The notes beneath the pieces were generated by a model that did no database searches, was not told where the DNA came from, and was given only the letters and a program-made list of their open reading frames with translations. Shown piece by piece: positions 27,301 through 30,200 of a stretch of 30,200 nucleotides of DNA. A program made the position numbers and the translations under genes. This DNA is from a virus (Duplodnaviria; Caudoviricetes). The stretch covers positions 1 to 30,200 of the IMG/VR virus record IMGVR_UViG_3300048578_000182; one strand, 5' to 3'. Positions within the stretch are counted from its first letter, which is position 1. Each line of letters begins with the position of its first letter.

Positions 27301-27724
27301 TCATAAGTGTTGATCCCCAAGCACCTGTTTCTGACTTCATGTCAGACATTGCAGCCTTACGCTCTTTATCTACCTTAATTAATTGTTGTTGTTTCTGCTT
27401 ATAGACATCACTTTCACGATCAAGGTTTTTCATTTGACCTTTGAGTGAGTAATATGCAGCATCGAGCTGCTTAAGCGTTGCGCCTGAGAGATTTTTCAGG
27501 ACTTTATCTAAATCGAAGCTGCTTTGTGTAAACTTTTTTTGAGATGAAGTAACAGCATCGTATTCGGCTTTTGCCTTTGACCATTCTTTTGGATTGATAG
27601 CTTTATCAATACCATCGAGTTTTTGTTTTGCTGTCTCTGCCTGTTTTGCCAACATAGTCAGAACAACACCGGCTTGAGTACCATCTAATGTTACGACTGT
27701 CTTTGCCCTTGCTTCAGCTGCCAT
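24329..27724 (-). CDS. Tail tape measure protein (TP901-family core)
   Basis: 1131 aa; LADLSALTG, NVLAAGAKEGAAEI and GEEAGT.IRN core, TM-like segments and long coiled coils. Confidence 0.93.
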   Translation of the reverse strand: MAAEARAKTVVTLDGTQAGVVLTMLAKQAETAKQKLDGIDKAINPKEWSKAKAEYDAVTSSQKKFTQSSFDLDKVLKNLSGATLKQLDAAYYSLKGQMKNLDRESDVYKQKQQQLIKVDKERKAAMSDMKSETGAWGSTLMKTAATVAVGATAITGLTYAAESFAEPARNFQQGLADLSALTGLAGKDLDWLGEQAKKLSETTDKSGIKITSSAQEILRAYSLMGGAKPELLKNKEALNEVTKQALILKEAAGMETEEAVTSLANAMNQFNAPASEAGKYVNVLAAGAKEGAAEIPDLTASILRSGTAAKSAKVSVEQLTGMVETLGEKGVKGEEAGTGIRNFLLKLQAGAKDTNPAIVGLQTALDNLAKKNLTASEMVKQFGVENYVASKLLIDNRGRVDELTKAVTGTTSAYDQAKIKTQTANAEIAQQKNHIENLKRTIGEGLIPILHSMTKAGLGALDFLVSLPRLIRENLPLLISLTAAIAAYSLIISATTIKEYALLAAQKLRVIWTERQKYAEIALQAVQKLNPLAAITAAILLLVGAFIQWYNSSIKVQAATAGVWEVIKAFAQKMWDIAAGLSQLFAGIFTADPKIIKRGMDNLKKGMTNWGSEVGDAFKRGYEKRMGEWAKYQENLKVIEKNKSKKQKAEDSNIVASPDTPTKDEEDKKKAAEIKKNREDLFKSLKKLHDDYLLSELDADDKELQNMRKTHDDELKSVRDAYAKKILTAKEADDAIKQLNSDFNSAYAAKEKEIDDKRKEQRKKKQEEEKKELEEFQKRKAELQEQFGLLTDKQIYDKELQKYKDLYKLKLLTTEEFLKLKKKLDDDYSKSQSEKEKDIWRKRADKIEANMIWEQRASDAISAMKNAASSRIESNEQKELAAAGNNSAKREEIEKKYQQKKLDLEKKYADATMAMQISQVVAATAVGMMRAYADLPLPAAIAAMALIGVTSAFQISSIVSERNKIKNQQLDTSGSSGSSSRRSVVAAFADGKYDVIAETDGAHYNDVPYVGAASTGIVTRPVLVGERGDEAIIDGRTLTNIRMNAPGILKAIDAMRVPAYAGGRYPSMSKESAGKNTSISDSSIAAILALNTEAISNLNAILPQIKAYVVWQDIKDADAKMNNILSNTNRK

Positions 27725-27740
27725 TCTTTACTGTTTTCAG

Positions 27741-27776
27741 CAAAAATGGCGTGACTAAAATCCGATAAAAAGGACA
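27741..27776 (-). promoter_or_regulatory. Late promoter motif, tape measure gene
   Basis: TGTCC-TTTTTATCGGATTTTAGTCACGC(23)-CATTTTTG, 16 nt before the ATG. Confidence 0.75.
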
Positions 27777-27825
27777 CTAAAAACATTAAAAAAAAACGTG
27801 CAATACCGCAATGTTGACACTAAAA

Positions 27826-28070
27826 ACTCGCCAAACTCGACTAATTCCGCCAAACTTTTGGTATGTTATTAAAAATCAATATTTTACAAAATAACAAAAT
27901 CAACTAAATCGCGTTTTAATCAACAAACATCAACTAACTATTATCTATTTTTTAAAAAGTTAGTTAGAGTTAGTTAGAATTAGTTGGATTTAGTTAGTTT
28001 TTATTACTGCTTTTTTTCTTTAAACATTTGTATTACAATGAGTTTGGTAGAGTTTGGCGGAGTTAGTCGG
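27826..28070. repeat. Inverted array of 10-bp iteron-like repeats (candidate replication origin)
   Basis: Four tandem AGTTAGTTAG-like units at 27958-27997 and three at 28041-28070, with opposite-orientation copies at 27826-27856 and 27900-27939. 27838-27856 and 28051-28069 form an 18/19 inverted repeat. Confidence 0.8.
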
Positions 28071-28245
28071 GTAAATATGGTCTTAGCTTGGAAAAATTTG
28101 TATTTTTTACGCTCTATTTTTGCTATTAACATTCTGAATAATAAATGATTATAGCATGTTTCTCTATTTCGATGCAAATTTTAACATTTTATACAAGGGG
28201 TGTTGCTATCGAATTGGGATAAAGCTGAAAAATATATAAAGATTG

Positions 28246-28280
28246 GTATTTGGTAATGTATTTGGTAATGTGTACTTTTG
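28246..28280 (+). promoter_or_regulatory. Bacteroidota housekeeping-type promoter with a tandem 12-bp repeat
   Basis: TTTG (28249-28252), 20 nt, TACTTTTG (28273-28280); GTATTTGGTAAT twice at 28246-28269. Confidence 0.7.
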
Positions 28281-28306
28281 TTTAGTTAATGTTTAATTAT
28301 AAAGCA

Positions 28307-28486
28307 ATGGCAAGCACCCCTATACTAAAGGGACAAGAGGCTATAAGCTTTTTGAATAATTGGTGCCAACGTGTAAGTCACGTACCTACACAAGTAGAAA
28401 TAAGAGCTCAAGAAATAGAAATGGCTAATATGAAAGCTAGTTATGAAGCTTTGAAATCTATCTCTGATGGCACAATTTTAGTGTAG
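28307..28486 (+). CDS. Small antitoxin-like protein (59 aa, MASTPILKGQEAISF...)
   Basis: The TPIL.G..A..F N-terminus resembles small Bacteroidota proteins that I recall preceding GNAT toxins; A-rich leader before ATG 28307. Confidence 0.6.
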   Translation: MASTPILKGQEAISFLNNWCQRVSHVPTQVEIRAQEIEMANMKASYEALKSISDGTILV

Positions 28487-28519
28487 TGTTTTTATACTGT
28501 AATATCAAATTACAAGCGT

Positions 28520-28693
28520 ATGACTGATACAGAAAGAATCGAATTTATAGAGAGACTTGAACGTTATAAGAATAAGCTTTCAAGCAATAAAGAAGAAGCT
28601 CAAAATTTTCTTATAAATGCTGGTATTTATACAAGTGCAGGCGTTTTAAGTGAAAATTATAGTAATTTATGTATTCCACACGATCAGGTTTAA
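28520..28693 (+). CDS. Small putative antitoxin (57 aa), absent from the ORF track
   Basis: MTDTERIEFIERLERYKNKLSSNKEEAQNFLINAGIYTSAGVLSENYSNLCIPHDQV*. It overlaps the downstream toxin-like gene by 25 nt. Confidence 0.75.
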   Translation: MTDTERIEFIERLERYKNKLSSNKEEAQNFLINAGIYTSAGVLSENYSNLCIPHDQV

Positions 28694-29277
28694 TACTTGG
28701 ATTTCATGGTTGCGATCAATCTGTAGTTGATCAAGTAATAAACGGTCAAGATTGTTTAAAATTCAGTGAGAATATTTATGATTGGCTTGGACATGGAATT
28801 TACTTTTGGGATAATAGTCCATCTAGAGCCAAAGAATATGCTTTCTTTTTAAAAAAAGAAAATAAAGTAGAACAACCTGCAGTAATTGGTGCCGTAATTG
28901 ATCTCGGATTTTGTTTAGATTTATTGGACTTCGATAATCTTCAATTATTAAAACTTGGTTATGAAGTTCTTAGAAACAGCCGCAATTCTTCTGAATTTCC
29001 TGAAAATAAAACAGGCCGCAATTCAAACGACTTGTTGCTACGTAATTTAGATTGTGCTGTTATTAATAGTCTTCATGAAGTTAGAAAAGGGAATGAAGAT
29101 GAAGAAGCTATGCAACCATTTGATTCTGTAAGAGGTGTGTTTTGGGAGGGAAATGATATTTATCCTAATGCAGGATTCAAAGAAAAAAATCATATTCAAA
29201 TATGTGTAAGAAATCCTAATTGTATCAAAGGCTTTTTTATTCCACGAGAATTAGACACTGATCATCCTAAAGTTTAA
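28669..29277 (+). CDS. ADP-ribosyltransferase-fold toxin-like protein
   Basis: GFHGC, YDWLGHGIYFW and HIQICVRN fit an H-Y-Q/E ART-type arrangement. Confidence 0.65.
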   Translation: MYSTRSGLILGFHGCDQSVVDQVINGQDCLKFSENIYDWLGHGIYFWDNSPSRAKEYAFFLKKENKVEQPAVIGAVIDLGFCLDLLDFDNLQLLKLGYEVLRNSRNSSEFPENKTGRNSNDLLLRNLDCAVINSLHEVRKGNEDEEAMQPFDSVRGVFWEGNDIYPNAGFKEKNHIQICVRNPNCIKGFFIPRELDTDHPKV

Positions 29278-29288
29278 TCGGTTGAGGT

Positions 29289-29327
29289 AAAAGCAGTGCA
29301 AACGTGTTACACTGTAGCACTACTTTT
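29289..29327. terminator. Bidirectional terminator between convergent genes
   Basis: AAAAGCAGTGC...GCACTACTTTT. Confidence 0.6.
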
Positions 29328-29764
29328 TAAATCTCATACTTACCTCTATCACCCCAGTTACTATTATCTCCAATATTTTCGAGAATCATTAATTGAGCGC
29401 GACGTCCTTGTTTCTCGGCCATGATGCCGGCTAGTTTTTGAAGTTCGCTATAAAATGTCTTAGAGTACCACGGTTGCGGGTTTCTGAAAAGCTTAATATT
29501 TGAGCCGGACGCTAAAGCGCCAAACACTCCCATATCTATAAACTTACCGTAGTAATTGAATATAAATTCGATACGTGAAGGATCACCTCCAGTTTCGTTG
29601 AATACGTGAGATTCAAATGAATCGATAAGTTTCTTTGAGCAATACTTATCGCGGTGCGTGGATAAGAGCCCGATCCGCAGCTTGAGTATTTTTGCTTCCC
29701 AACGTTCGATTACTATTTTAGCCCATGCTTCGGCTGTTTCGGTAAGATTTGTATTGTTGCTCAT
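29327..29764 (-). CDS. Putative neck / tail-completion protein
   Basis: 145 aa; L..S, F..YGKFIDMGV and PWYSKTFY motifs; preceded by the late promoter motif. Confidence 0.6.
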   Translation of the reverse strand: MSNNTNLTETAEAWAKIVIERWEAKILKLRIGLLSTHRDKYCSKKLIDSFESHVFNETGGDPSRIEFIFNYYGKFIDMGVFGALASGSNIKLFRNPQPWYSKTFYSELQKLAGIMAEKQGRRAQLMILENIGDNSNWGDRGKYEI

Positions 29765-29779
29765 ATATGTATTTTGAAG

Positions 29780-29815
29780 CTAAATTCGAGCTGTATTTGG
29801 GTATAAAAAAAGACA
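29780..29815 (-). promoter_or_regulatory. Late promoter motif, neck gene
   Basis: TGTCT-TTTTTTATACCCAAATACAGCTC(23)-GAATTTAG, 15 nt before the ATG. Confidence 0.6.
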
Positions 29816-29852
29816 AAACGGCGAGGTTGTTAGCCTCGCCGTTTTTGTCTTT
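29805..29852 (-). terminator. Terminator hairpin overlapping the late promoter motif
   Basis: AGACAAAACGGCGAGG (29811-29826) pairs with CCTCGCCGTTTTTGTCT (29834-29850); T-runs on both strands. Confidence 0.8.
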
Positions 29853-29865
29853 TGCCTTTTTTATA

Positions 29866-30039
29866 TTAAAAACCTATCCATTTGCCTTGTAGGTTTAATC
29901 CTCTGTTTTTTAGCTGCAGTTTAGCTAATTCAACAGCGTCAATTTCGCCATTTGCTATTTGTACAAGTAACTCTGTGTAGGTAGCATTAAATAATAAATC
30001 AGGGTTTAATTCGTCTTGTAAATTACTGTGTGTGCTCTT
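29866..30039 (-). pseudogene. Small conserved-looking protein frame lacking a standard start codon
   Basis: (K)STHSNLQDELNPDLLFNATYTELLVQIANGEIDAVELAKLQLKNRGLNLQGKWIGF*. There is no ATG/GTG/TTG anywhere in this frame. Upstream -7-like CATGTTTG and downstream terminator. Confidence 0.55.
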
Positions 30040-30200
30040 GTTATGTTGTTTTTTAATTACAGTGCAAACATGGCATCACTATTTGGAACACGCAAGTGTC
30101 ACTATTAGAACATTATAAAAACATTTAAATATGTTTTTATTGTATTCTGTTGAATATTAGAATAAAAACATTCTTTTTAATTAAACATTAACTAAACTTT

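Larger units (their letters stand above)
1..30200. mobile_element. Prophage (siphovirus-like, Bacteroidota); continues beyond the right edge
   Basis: Integrase next to a tRNA-like end, plus terminase, portal, capsid, protease, tape measure, tail and lysis genes. No repressor or replication genes are in the window. Confidence 0.95.

Noticed and set aside
27826-28070. CRISPR or mini-CRISPR array
   Set aside because: The units are 10 bp, tandem without unique spacers and in both orientations; there are no cas genes.
1278-29764. Stop-codon reassignment
   Set aside because: Genes are full length and tightly coupled under the standard code, and TAA, TAG and TGA are all used as stops.

Overview
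The window is the left ~30 kb of an integrated temperate siphovirus-like prophage. The host is most likely Bacteroidota, judged from TAnnTTTG promoters, AT-rich ribosome-binding regions and the integrase type. It starts at what looks like the 3' end of a tRNA-Ser (att site), followed by a tyrosine integrase. The minus strand carries the virion genes: neck gene, tape measure, putative regulator, protease/scaffold, major capsid, tail tube, TerS, TerL, portal, adaptors, a Dam-type methylase, a lysis cassette (holins, GH19 endolysin, u-spanin), a DUF5977 protein, a collagen tail fibre, a Fib_succ_major protein and two tail proteins. Plus-strand morons are a membrane protein and a three-gene operon ending in an ADP-ribosyltransferase-like toxin. 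Features not explained by standard annotation: (1) a 36-bp promoter motif (TGTCC-N23-degenerate -7) with identical spacing in front of five late units; (2) a ~140-nt pseudoknot/switch RNA and a ~65-nt sRNA; (3) a candidate P2-like cos site centred between inverted IHF-like sites; (4) an inverted 10-bp iteron array (candidate origin); (5) a nested, circularly permuted Fib_succ_major receptor-binding protein; (6) several small ORFs missing from the ORF track. All family assignments come from motif recognition by eye; no database searches were run.
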